A DNA stretch of 64,000 nucleotides, from positions 5,207-69,206 of the forward strand of contig BPJE01000002.1 of NCBI GenBank assembly GCA_026004455.1, in the 5' to 3' direction. A program made the position numbers and the translations under genes. The notes beneath the pieces are model-generated. The model saw nothing but the letters and a program-made list of their open reading frames with translations, was not told the DNA's origin and did not search any database. Each line of letters opens with the position of its first letter. The stretch's first letter is position 1. The stretch comes from Patescibacteria group bacterium (GTDB lineage Bacteria; Patescibacteriota; Microgenomatia; UBA1406; GWC2-37-13). Positions 28,162-38,237 of the stretch are shown here, piece after piece.

Positions 28162-29310
28162 ATGATTAAAAAAATATTGCTTACCATATTGCTTTTCTTA
28201 ACTATTAGCGTTTTATCTTTTTTCATATTAAATCTAAATAATAAAATTAATCTTTTAAAAAAAGAAAATCTTAATTTTCAAACTAATCTTAAAAATCTAA
28301 AAAAACAAATTGATGATTACAAATCTCGAGATGAATACAAAATCAATAAAAAACTTGAAGAAGAGATAAAAAATATTGAAAAGACTTATGATCAAGCAGC
28401 TAAAACCTATGAAAAGCTTGTTGATGTAAAAAATTTATCAAAAGACACAAAAAAATTAGACGCTGATTTTGCCGAAATTTTAAATCTTTTATCAAAAAGA
28501 AACTATGTCTCAGCTGAAGCAAGTTTAAAGCAACTAGAAAAAAATATCTTAAATGAAAAACAAAAAATCTCCTCCAGTTTTCAAATTCCAAAAAATGTCC
28601 AAGAAAGCAATAATCCACCCTCTTCAGGTTATAGTCGTCAACTAGTAAAAACTGATGTCGGTGATTTTCTTGTTGATATTGTTGCTGCTGACCTTAGCTC
28701 AACTCGAGTGATTGTTGATACTGCTTCAGACTCTGATTGCAAAAAAGACTGTCCAGCCTTACCTTTAGCTGATTATATCAGTCGAAATGGTGGTTATGCT
28801 GGAATTAATGCTTCTTATTTTTGTCCTGCTGATTATCCATCTTGCGCTGATAAAAAAAACTCTTTTGATACTTTGCTTATGAATAAAAACAAAGTCTATT
28901 TTAATTCAGAAAATAATGTCTATAGTCAAGTACCAGCAGTGATATTTTTAGGCAACTCTGTCAGATTTGTTAGACAGTCACTTGAGTGGGGAAGAGATAC
29001 TTCAGTTGATGGAGTTTTAGCGATGCAGCCGCTTTTAGTTTTTGAAAAAAATATTGTTTTTGGAGGAGATAATGAGATTAAACATGGAGTTAAAGGTAAT
29101 CGCAGTTTTGTTGCCAACAGAGGATCAACTGTCTATATCGGAGTTGTTTTTAATGCTAATTTAGCCGAATCAGCTAAAGTGTTAAAAGCTTTAGATTTAG
29201 ATAATGCTTTAAATCTTGATAATGGCGGTTCAACTGCTTTGTGGTATGGTGGTTATAAGGTTGGCCCTGGTCGCAACATCCCCAACGCCATTGTCTTTGT
29301 AAAAAAATAA
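28162..29310 (+). CDS. membrane-anchored secreted protein with a C-terminal phosphodiester glycosidase-like (DUF2233/NAGPA-type) domain
   Basis: N-terminal TM helix, coiled-coil region, GINASYF and NLDNGGSTAL motifs typical of that family. Confidence 0.5.
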   Translation: MIKKILLTILLFLTISVLSFFILNLNNKINLLKKENLNFQTNLKNLKKQIDDYKSRDEYKINKKLEEEIKNIEKTYDQAAKTYEKLVDVKNLSKDTKKLDADFAEILNLLSKRNYVSAEASLKQLEKNILNEKQKISSSFQIPKNVQESNNPPSSGYSRQLVKTDVGDFLVDIVAADLSSTRVIVDTASDSDCKKDCPALPLADYISRNGGYAGINASYFCPADYPSCADKKNSFDTLLMNKNKVYFNSENNVYSQVPAVIFLGNSVRFVRQSLEWGRDTSVDGVLAMQPLLVFEKNIVFGGDNEIKHGVKGNRSFVANRGSTVYIGVVFNANLAESAKVLKALDLDNALNLDNGGSTALWYGGYKVGPGRNIPNAIVFVKK

Positions 29311-29439
29311 AAAATATAAACTATTTTTAACCATTTTTAACCATTTTCAACTAATTTCAACTATTTTTAACTAATTTTGTTTTTGTCATCCAGAACTTGA
29401 TGCGGAATCCAGTAAAAAAAAATGGATTATTATTTTAAC

Positions 29440-29476
29440 AAGGACAGAACCTTTTTTTCAAAAAGGTTCTGTCCTT
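29440..29476. repeat. GGACAGAACC-type REP-like hairpin
   Basis: AAGGACAGAACC-TTTTTTTCAAAAA-GGTTCTGTCCTT. Confidence 0.8.
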
Positions 29477-29510
29477 ATACGTTTTACGTTTCACGTTACA
29501 CATTTTCTTC

Positions 29511-29563
29511 TTGACAAATCAAAAAAATTAATTTATCATCTAATTATTATCATATTTGATAAT
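29511..29563 (+). promoter_or_regulatory. promoter plus palindromic operator candidate of the AbiE-like operon
   Basis: TTGACA (29511..29516), a 17-nt spacer, then TATCAT (29534..29539). Followed by the palindrome ATTATCA-TATT-TGATAAT (29546..29563). Confidence 0.45.
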
Positions 29564-29576
29564 ATACAAATGACAT

Positions 29577-30131
29577 ATGAGCCTAAATTTACTTATTGAT
29601 TCAGGCAAAACTGTCTTTACAACCATTGATCTAGGTAATATATTAAAAATAGGAAATAAAAACTATCTTTTGGTTTACATCAATAGACTGAAAAAAAGAG
29701 GTGAAATCAAAATGATTAAAAAGGGAATTTATGTAATCAATAATAATTTTAATGTATTTGAATTAGCCAATAAATTAAGATCTCCATCTTATGTTAGTTT
29801 ACAATCAATTTTATTTAAAAACGGAATTATCTTTCAGGATTATTCTGATATTATTACTTCAATTAGTTACAATACTATCAAAATCAATCTAATTAACAAA
29901 GAATTTAGATATCATAAAATAAAATCAGATTTGCTTTCCAATCCTAAAGGCATTGTTGTTGAAAATAATGTTAGATTAGCGACGCCAGAAAGAGCTTTTA
30001 TTGATTTAGTTTATATTTATAATGACTATCACATAGATAATCTTGATAAACTAAATAAAAATCTTTTATTAGAAATTGCTAAAGATTTTGGAGACAATAT
30101 TTTTAAAAAAATAAAATCATACTATGCTTAA
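29577..30131 (+). CDS. AbiEi-like type IV toxin-antitoxin antitoxin / transcriptional regulator
   Basis: N-terminal winged-helix-like VFTTIDLGNIL..YLLVYINRLKKRGEIKMIKKGIYV. Overlaps the downstream AbiEii-like gene by 8 nt. Confidence 0.6.
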   Translation: MSLNLLIDSGKTVFTTIDLGNILKIGNKNYLLVYINRLKKRGEIKMIKKGIYVINNNFNVFELANKLRSPSYVSLQSILFKNGIIFQDYSDIITSISYNTIKINLINKEFRYHKIKSDLLSNPKGIVVENNVRLATPERAFIDLVYIYNDYHIDNLDKLNKNLLLEIAKDFGDNIFKKIKSYYA

Positions 30132-30813
30132 TCTATTAAAACATCGAGTAGTTCTTTTTAATATTTTAAAAGATATTTATAAAAGCTCTCTTAGTAATTT
30201 ATTGGGATTTAAAGGTGGAACAATGGCTTATTTTTTTTATGGTTTAGATAGATTCTCTGTTGATTTAGATTTTGATATTTTAGATGAGAAAAAAATTGAT
30301 TATGTAAAAAAAGTCCTTCCTGATATTTTAAAAAAATATGGAGAAATAATTGAAAGTTATGATAAATATTCTACTTTATTTTATTTATTATCTTACGAAA
30401 AAAAACAAAGACAAATAAAGATAGAAATTTCAAAAAGAAATATCCTATCAAATTATCATCTTTCAAATTTTTACGGAATTGATATTTATATTCAAAATAT
30501 AGAAGATGCTTTTGCCACAAAACTTTTAGCCTGTACTACAAGAAAAAAAATTGCTTATCGGGATTTTTATGATGTTTTATTTTATTTAAAAAAAGGAGTT
30601 AATCCAAATGAAGAAATTATAAAAAAAATTACTGGAAAAAATTTAGTCGATTATCTAAATTATTTAAAAGAATTTATTGAAAAAAATGTCACTAATCAAA
30701 AAGTAATTGAGGCAATTGGCGAGCTAATTAATGAAAAACAAAAAAACTTTTTAAGAAAAGACTTTAAAAACGAACTCCTATCATATCTCAACCTCTATCT
30801 TAAAAATATATAA
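30124..30813 (+). CDS. nucleotidyltransferase AbiEii/AbiGii-family toxin (DUF1814)
   Basis: GFKGGTMAYFFYGLDRFSVDLDFD matches the family motif (KGGTAL..R.S.DIDF). Confidence 0.7.
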   Translation: MLNLLKHRVVLFNILKDIYKSSLSNLLGFKGGTMAYFFYGLDRFSVDLDFDILDEKKIDYVKKVLPDILKKYGEIIESYDKYSTLFYLLSYEKKQRQIKIEISKRNILSNYHLSNFYGIDIYIQNIEDAFATKLLACTTRKKIAYRDFYDVLFYLKKGVNPNEEIIKKITGKNLVDYLNYLKEFIEKNVTNQKVIEAIGELINEKQKNFLRKDFKNELLSYLNLYLKNI

Positions 30814-30829
30814 ATAATTAAAAAATAAA

Positions 30830-30866
30830 AAGGACAGAACCTTTGTTTTCAAAAAGGTTCTGTCCT
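30830..30866. repeat. GGACAGAACC-type REP-like hairpin
   Basis: AAGGACAGAACC-TTTGTTTTCAAAAA-GGTTCTGTCCT. Confidence 0.8.
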
Positions 30867-30987
30867 ATCTAACTAACTATTTTTAACCAATTTAAACTGA
30901 TTTCAACTTTTTTTAACCAAATATCTAATATCGAATATCAAATATCAATGTTAAAATATTTAATTTTGCATTTTAAATTTTCATTTT

Positions 30988-31005
30988 GTCCGCCAGCTGG
31001 CGGAT
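30988..31005. repeat. loop-less GC palindrome GTCCGCCAGCTGGCGGAT (copy 2 of 3)
   Basis: TCCGCCAGCTGGCGGA is a perfect 16-bp palindrome. Other copies lie at 20355..20370 (one mismatch) and 55016..55033. Confidence 0.8.
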
Positions 31006-31044
31006 TTGATATTTGATTTTTTATTATACGTTCCACGTTCTACG

Positions 31045-31977
31045 TTATACGTTACACATTACACACTTTATCAGCCCCCATACATTTCTCGCTCTCTCAA
31101 TCAAAAAAGCAGGGGAGAGAGGGATGATATCTGGATGTTTAAAAAACAACCGCCACCAGTTGACAACATCTTGCCTTTGTTTAAAACAACCCATTTTTAA
31201 GGAAGTTTTTCGATGATGATGAAAAACAACAATATCAGGCACTAACGCAAATTTATACCCAGCTTTTTTCAATCTTAAAAAAAGATCAACATCCTCCAAA
31301 TACGCAAAAAAACTCTCATCAAATCCACCTAACTTTTCAAAAACACTTCTTTTTATGAGCAAACACGCCGCTGTTAATCCATCTAGATTATTATAACTTG
31401 CAAGCGAAGACACCTGTTTTCGAAGTCTATGACTTGGGGGACCCCCCTTTAGGGGGTGAAGTCGACGAGAAAACACGGTGTCAAGCGGTATAAAATTTTT
31501 AGTAACTAGCTCTATTTTTCCAATCTCCATCACCCTATACCCATAATTTTCTACACTTCCATCAGGATTGATTAATATCGGCGCCACCGCATCCAAATTG
31601 TTTTCTTTGGCAATTTTTAATAATTCATTAATTGGGTTTTTCACAATTTTTAATTTTAAATTGTCATTTTGAGATTTGAGATTTGAATTTTGAATTTTGA
31701 ATTTAATGTCATCATTCAAAAGCAATAACCACTCCGCCTTCGCATATTTTGCCCCCAAATTATTCGCCCTCGCATACCCCAAATTCCTCTCCTGCGGCAG
31801 ATAAACAATGTTTCTATTATTAATTTTGAATTTTAAATTTTCATTTTGACTTTTGACTTTTGCATTTTGAATTATTATTATTTGGTATTCCTTCTTCTCT
31901 TTAAAATAATTAATTAAGTATCTCACTCCCTCCTCATTCGTCAACGTCGGCACAATAACAGAGATTTTATAAAACAT
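31045..31977 (-). CDS. family 2 glycosyltransferase
   Basis: ISVIVPTLTNEE, GYARANNLGAKYAKAEWLLLLNDD, and AYLEDVDL. Contains three repeat-derived in-frame segments, and its tail reads into an ACGT-word repeat. Confidence 0.75.
   Translation of the reverse strand: MFYKISVIVPTLTNEEGVRYLINYFKEKKEYQIIIIQNAKVKSQNENLKFKINNRNIVYLPQERNLGYARANNLGAKYAKAEWLLLLNDDIKFKIQNSNLKSQNDNLKLKIVKNPINELLKIAKENNLDAVAPILINPDGSVENYGYRVMEIGKIELVTKNFIPLDTVFSRRLHPLKGGPPSHRLRKQVSSLASYNNLDGLTAACLLIKRSVFEKLGGFDESFFAYLEDVDLFLRLKKAGYKFALVPDIVVFHHHRKTSLKMGCFKQRQDVVNWWRLFFKHPDIIPLSPAFLIERARNVWGLIKCVMCNV
31409..31482. repeat. GC-rich palindromic element in frame in the GT2 gene
   Basis: GACACCTGTTTTCG..GGGGGACCCCCCTTTAGGGGG..CGAGAAAACACGGTGTC. 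Encodes DTVFSRRLHPLKGGPPSHRLRKQVS. Confidence 0.7.
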
Positions 31978-32020
31978 ATTCTATATTATAAAAAATATAG
32001 TAAAATTAATAATCATAAAA

Positions 32021-33898
32021 ATGATATCTGAAATTTTTAAAAAAATTTACAAAATAAAAGAAATCATTAGAAAAAAAAGTTTAAAAGGTTTATTAGAAAA
32101 AATAAAAGAAAAAATCTTACTTAAAAAGTGTTATTTATCAATTAACCAACAATATCAAATCTGGCTAAAAAAAAATTATCCTACTAGAAATGATTTAAAA
32201 AAACAAAAACAGGAAATAAAAAAATTTAAAATTAGACCATCAATATCCCTAATTACCCCTGTTTATAATCCTGAAAAACAACATCTTGTTGAGTGTATTG
32301 AATCAGTAATAAATCAATCATATGAAAACTGGGAATTGTGTTTAGTCGATGACGCCTCAACCAAATCTTACGTTAAAGAAATCTTAAATGAATATGCAAA
32401 AAAAGATAAAAGAATAAAAGTAAAATTCCGTCAAAAAAATGGCCATATCTGCCAAACATCAAATGATGCTTTAAAAATGACAAAAGGGGAGTATGTTGCT
32501 CTTTTAGATCATGATGATTTTTTATGGCCTAATGCTTTGTATGAAGTCGTAAAACTTATCAACGAAAAACCTCACGCGCAATTTATTTATTCAGATGAAG
32601 ATAAGCTCGACTATGACGGAAAAACCCATGTTGACCCTTTTTTCAAACCTGATTGGAGTCCTGATTATTTGCGATCAATCAACTATATTACTCACTTTGC
32701 TGTCTTAAAAAAATCGCTAATTAATGCTGTTGATGGATTTAGAATAGGAACAGAAGGCGCTCAAGACTGGGATCTATTTTTGCGAGCTACATATTGGCTG
32801 GAAAAAAACATCGGTCATTGTCATCCACTTGATAAAAAAAATCCTATTCAGCATATCTCAACCGTCTTATACAGCTGGCGAAAAACATCTCAATCAACTG
32901 CCTCAGAAAAACATGCAGGAAATGTAAAAAATTATGCTTATAAAAATCAAAAAAAAGTTTTAGAAGATGATTTAAAAAGAAGAAAGTATGAAGGTGAAGT
33001 CTTGCCGACAAAGTATTTAGGGTTATGGCGAGTAAGATATAAGATTATTGGCAATCCTTTGGTTTCAATTATTATTCCAACAAAAGATAAATATGAATAT
33101 ATTTCAAAATGCTTAAATTCGATTTTAAAAAAAACAACCTATAAAAATTATGAATTAGTCATTATTGATACCGGATCAAAAGATAAAAAAGTTTGGCAAT
33201 TATATGAAAAAGTAAAATCAAAACATAAAAACACTCAAGTTTTAAAATGGAGTAAAGAATTTAATTTTTCCGCTGTGTGCAATTTTGGAGCTAAAAAAAG
33301 CAGGGGAGAGTACTTATTGTTTTTAAACAACGATACCGAAGTAATTACCCCCGATTGGATTGAAGGAATGCTCGAACATGCGCAAAGAAAAGAAATTGGC
33401 GCAGTTGGATGTAAGCTTCTGTATCCTAATGGAACAATTCAACACGCGGGTGTAATTTTGGGAATAAAAGGTGGAATTACAAAATACGGTATTGCCGGTC
33501 ATGCTTTTAAATATTTTAATAATGGAGATAACGGGCAATTTTTTCAACAGCTACACTCAATTAAAAATTATTCAGCCATTACTGCTGCTTGTTTATTAAT
33601 CAATAAAAAAAAATTCATTGACTTTGATATTAAATTTAAAATTGCCTTTAATGATGTTGACTTTAATTTAAAACTTTTAACTCGATTTTTTTTTAACTTA
33701 TATACTCCCTTTTGTGTTTTAAAACATTATGAATCGATATCTGTAGGCCTTCCGCAAAAAGGAACTCGAGATATAAAAGAATTTAAAAATGAAATTCTAA
33801 GAATGTATAAAAAATGGAAACATATTCTTAATAAAGATCCTTTTTATAATAAAAATTTAACTCTTACTAAAGAAAATTATTCTCTACAGCTTTCCTAG
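32021..33898 (+). CDS. two-domain family 2 glycosyltransferase
   Basis: Two GT2 modules: ISLITPVYNPE..LVDDAST..LDHDD and VSIIIPTKDK..VIIDTGS..FLNNDTE. Confidence 0.8.
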   Translation: MISEIFKKIYKIKEIIRKKSLKGLLEKIKEKILLKKCYLSINQQYQIWLKKNYPTRNDLKKQKQEIKKFKIRPSISLITPVYNPEKQHLVECIESVINQSYENWELCLVDDASTKSYVKEILNEYAKKDKRIKVKFRQKNGHICQTSNDALKMTKGEYVALLDHDDFLWPNALYEVVKLINEKPHAQFIYSDEDKLDYDGKTHVDPFFKPDWSPDYLRSINYITHFAVLKKSLINAVDGFRIGTEGAQDWDLFLRATYWLEKNIGHCHPLDKKNPIQHISTVLYSWRKTSQSTASEKHAGNVKNYAYKNQKKVLEDDLKRRKYEGEVLPTKYLGLWRVRYKIIGNPLVSIIIPTKDKYEYISKCLNSILKKTTYKNYELVIIDTGSKDKKVWQLYEKVKSKHKNTQVLKWSKEFNFSAVCNFGAKKSRGEYLLFLNNDTEVITPDWIEGMLEHAQRKEIGAVGCKLLYPNGTIQHAGVILGIKGGITKYGIAGHAFKYFNNGDNGQFFQQLHSIKNYSAITAACLLINKKKFIDFDIKFKIAFNDVDFNLKLLTRFFFNLYTPFCVLKHYESISVGLPQKGTRDIKEFKNEILRMYKKWKHILNKDPFYNKNLTLTKENYSLQLS

Positions 33899-36277
33899 TA
33901 ATACTGTTAAAATTAAAATGAAAAAAGAAATAAAAGATAAAAATAAACCATACTTAAAAGACTGAGGAAAATAAACCAATTTTAAAGAAAATTCTCCTTG
34001 AGGAATTTTTATAGCTTGAAATGAGAAATTTGCTTTTTCTATTAATATTTTTTTTCCATTTAAATATGCAACCCAACCGGGAAAATAAGTATTTGCTATA
34101 AATAAATAACTTTCCCCACAGTTATTTTTAATATCCATTTTAATAATGTCCCCCGTATACTCTAAAATATTAGTTTTTCTTAAACAATTCATAGTCTGAT
34201 CTAAGATTTTCTCTTTATCTGAATTAATTACTATGGTTTTGTTTGGATCGAATTCTTTTTTCCTCATAATTTCTAATTGATTTTTTGTCGTTTTAATAAC
34301 TTTGTCTGGAAAATAAAATCGAGGTTTATATTTAATAATTTCATAAATCGTAATATCAGAATCTTTATAAACTTCTTTAATTAAATTGGCTTTTGTCCAT
34401 TTTCTAACAAAAATGTTTGAGTTATTAGTATAATCTAATAAATATCTAACATTGGAGGCACTTAAAAAATTAATCGCTTTATCATTTAATATCTCTTTAG
34501 CACCTGTAAAAAAACTGTAATCTTTCGTATCATACCCCGTTATAAATTCTCTCATAAATTGCCAATGATTCTTGATAACCAGTGCATCTAAATCTCTTAA
34601 ATCTTCAATTTTATAACCCGAAGAAATTTGACTAATTAATATTCTATCTATACCATAAATTCGAAAAGGTTTTTTTGTGCGATTACTTGATTCATTAATA
34701 AGAAATTGAACATATTTTGAGGGATGAATAAAATTATCAAATCGAGTAAATTTTTTTTTTGATTAAAATATTTGAGGAAATAAAAAATTCAAACAAAAAT
34801 ATAAAACAAATTATTATTTTATAGTAACTTGATTTATAACTTTTCAAAAAAGCAAGAAGAAAAATAAATAATATAAAAAAAACCAAATATATTAAACTAA
34901 TATGTTTAAAAATATAATTAATTTTTATATATTTAGTAGCTAAATCTTTTTCAAATTTAATTATCTCGTATAAACCAAAAAATAATATTAAATTAATAAA
35001 AACAAAAACGATTATCAAAAGAATCTTATTTATATTTTTTTTCTTCTTAAAAAAAAAATTTAAAGATATAGCTAGTAAAGCGTAAAAAGAAAAATAGAAT
35101 GGAAATAGATATTTAGTAAAAATTATCCTGTTTAAAATAGGTAAATGTCCTATTTCTTTAAAAATCGGAAAGTTAAATATTTTTCCAAAGAAAAGAATAA
35201 ATATTACCAAAAATACTATAAAATTAACATTTTTTTTTAAATCATAAAAAAAAGAAAAAAATAAAAAAGAAAAAAATAAAAAAGGGAATAACTCCCAAAT
35301 AAGAAGGCAGTAAATGCTGTGAGTAGCCAAACCATTGGGAGTGAACAGGACCATATATAAATGGAAAAATTAATGAAGGAATCGTTTTTATAAAAAAACC
35401 CTGTGATCCAGTTAAAGTAGAATGAACATGAAAGGAATTTAAAAAAATTCAATAAATTGAAATAAATAAAATGATGATAAACCAACCCCTATAAAACATA
35501 ATAAAAGAAAAAGGATGATTTTTTTTGATTTTTTCTTTTATATTATCTTTTAAAAAAAAATAATTTAACAAAAAAATAAATTAAACCACTTATTAAATTA
35601 ATAATAGTCGATTGAATATTACCACCTAAAACAGTTAATAAAACCGCTATCGGCAAAATTATTTTTGAATAAAATTTAATAGATTTGTTTTTTAATAAAT
35701 AAAAGTTCTATCCCAATAAATAATAATGGTAAAATAATTTCGACATCTAAATGAAATAAATTTGAATATAATAAAATATGACCAGAGAAACCAAGAATTA
35801 TAGACACAGTTACAGATATTAATTTATCTATTCCTATCAATCTAAAATAAATAAAAGAAAATACTGATAAAATAAAAATTCTAAATATTAAGTAAAAATC
35901 CCAAATAAGAGGAGTAGGATAAATATTAACTGGAAATAAATATCTAATGATTGAAAAAGCGTTTGAAGTTTGATTAGCGGCTAATGGCTTTCCGCCACCT
36001 GAATAGTTATTCCATAATGGTAATCTCAATGATTTTATTTTCTCGGCTGTAACTTTAGATAACGGATAATCTATCCAAGTGCTGCCGGCGGGGTCGATTA
36101 CAGTAATCTCTTTAGGAATATATCCATTATATCCTTCGCTACCCTCTAAAATTTTATCTGAGTTATGAGTTAAGAATGTTTTTATTAAAAAAAATTATTT
36201 GGAAACAAAAAAAAAATAATTAATATAAATATTACGATAAAATTAAATTTATCTTTCAAAAGATCTATTTTTTTCAT
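33884..36277 (-). pseudogene. YfhO-like membrane glycosyltransferase, fragmented (at least 5 pieces)
   Basis: N-terminal LPLWNNYSGGGKPLAANQTSNAF and C-terminal FIANTYFPGWVAYLNGKKI..LVYFP are YfhO-like. The pieces lie in different frames (33884..34555, 34737..35354, 35237..35485, 35676..36029), with an in-frame TAA near the ATG at 36277. Confidence 0.6.
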
Positions 36278-36343
36278 AAATAGATTATAATTATATAAAT
36301 TGCATAAAAACGTTGTCAATTAAACATTTGAATTTATTAGTTA

Positions 36344-37434
36344 ATGAATAAAAAAATACTTATCATCGGTGGCGGGTTTTATGGTTGTGAGATTGCCTTG
36401 TTTTTTTAAAAAAAAAGGTTATAAAGATGTTTTCATATTGGAAAAAGAAAACTATCTCTTAACAAAAGCTTCTTATATTAACCAAGCTCGAGTCCACAAT
36501 GGTTATCATTATCCAAGAGATTTTTTAACAGCTTATCGATCACATGAAAATTATTACCGATTTATAAAAGATTATAGATTTGCGGTAGATAATTCTTTTA
36601 AAAAAATTTATGCTATTGCTAAAATTAACTCAAAAACATCAGCTTTTCAATTTGAAAAATTTATAAAAAAAATTGGTTCTCCACTAAAAAAAGCCGCAAA
36701 AATACATCGCGATCTTTTTAATCCGATATTAATTGAAGAAGTTTACGAAGCAGAAGAATCAGCTTTTGATGCTAAAAAATTAAGAAAATATTACCAGAAA
36801 AAATTAAAAGAAAACAAGGTTTCAGTATTTTTTAACACTTTTGTAAACAAAATAGAAAATAAAAATAATAGATTAATTTTAACAACGAATAGGGGTGTGT
36901 ATGATGCAGATTATGTATTTAATATAACGTATGCTGGCTTAAATTATATTTTAAAAAATTCCAATCTGCCACTTTTACCATTAAAACAAGAAATTACTGA
37001 AACTGTTTTGATTCAACCTTCAAAAGAAATTAAAGGACTGGGTATAACAGTGATGGATGGCCCTTTTTTTTCGACTATGCCTTTTCCGGCAGAAAGATGT
37101 TATTCTTTAACACATGTAAGATACACTCCTCATGGATACTGGACAGATTTAGAAAAATACACCGATCCACATCTCTTAGAGAAAACTTATAAACCAAAGT
37201 CAAAATTTACATTTATGATAAAAGATGCTCAAAGATATATTCCATCACTTTCTAACGCTAAATATTTAAAATCACTTTACACTTTAAAAACACTTCTTTT
37301 ACAAAAAGAAGAAGATGATGGAAGACCAATTCTTTTTGCAAAAGATTACGGGTTTAAAAATTTTTTTCTTAGTACTAGGGGGGAAAATCGACAATATTTA
37401 TGATATTATAGAAAAATTAGAAAAAATATTTTAA
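36344..37434 (+). pseudogene. FAD-dependent oxidoreductase interrupted by two frameshifts at T7A9 and T7 tracts
   Basis: MNKKILIIGGGFYGCEIALFF (GxGxxG) from ATG 36344 is one frame off the 36369..37403 ORF, with the shift at 36401..36416. The C-terminal VLGGKIDNIYDIIEKLEKIF* is restored by a shift at 37361..37367. Confidence 0.6.
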
Positions 37435-37436
37435 TT

Positions 37437-38237
37437 TTATGGATTATAAAAACCAAAAACTACTTTTAAAAGGCTTAAAAGGATATTAAAATATCCTATA
37501 ATATTTATTTTTGTGGGAACTTTTCCCTTAGGGTATTTACGTGTAACTGGTACCTCAATTACTTTATATCCTAATTGACCAGCTCTAACTGAAAGATAAA
37601 ATAAAAGCTCATAATTTAAAAAAATATCTCGAAATGGCAAAACTCGCTCATCAAGTAAGTATTTTTGACTATAAGCCCTAAAACCATTTGTCGTATCAGT
37701 TAACCATAAACCAGAAAATAAACTAATCAAAGGAGCGTGAATAATACGATTACCAATTAAGCGTAATAGGGGAGTATTAATTGCTTTCCCACCCTTAATA
37801 AAACGTGATCCCTGAATATAATCAAAACCTTCATTAAGTGCCTTTATAAATTTTTTAATATCATTTGGATCGTCTTTTCCGTTTCCATCAATTGTAATAA
37901 TTCCTTGATAGTTTTCTTTTAAGGCATAAGCATAACCCATCCGCAACTGTGCACTTAATTTTCCTTTATCTTGTTTAATAAGTAGGGTTCTTATATTATT
38001 TTTTTTTAAAAAATTTTTGTCTGTTGAACCGTCGTTGCTTCCTCCATCAGCAATAATTATATCCACAGGAAGTTTTAAAGATTTAATAATTCTTAATTCC
38101 TTTTTAAATCTTTCTCCTTCATTTATAACCGGGATACATAAACAATATTTGTATTTTTTTTTAAAAAATTCAATTTTTTTATGCTTTGGGATCTGCCAGT
38201 TTTGTTCATATTGTTTATCCATATATTTTTGAGACAA
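37437..38237 (-). CDS. family 2 glycosyltransferase (polyprenol-phosphate sugar transferase-like)
   Basis: CIPVINEGERF, IIADGGSNDGSTD and ITIDGNGKDDP motifs. Confidence 0.75.
   Translation of the reverse strand: MSQKYMDKQYEQNWQIPKHKKIEFFKKKYKYCLCIPVINEGERFKKELRIIKSLKLPVDIIIADGGSNDGSTDKNFLKKNNIRTLLIKQDKGKLSAQLRMGYAYALKENYQGIITIDGNGKDDPNDIKKFIKALNEGFDYIQGSRFIKGGKAINTPLLRLIGNRIIHAPLISLFSGLWLTDTTNGFRAYSQKYLLDERVLPFRDIFLNYELLFYLSVRAGQLGYKVIEVPVTRKYPKGKVPTKINIIGYFNILLSLLKVVFGFYNP

Noticed and set aside
31006-31216. Two overlapping + strand ORFs (64 and 67 aa).
   Set aside because: They are encoded largely by the ACGT-word repeat and the antisense of the GT2 C-terminus, so they are repeat-derived spurious frames.
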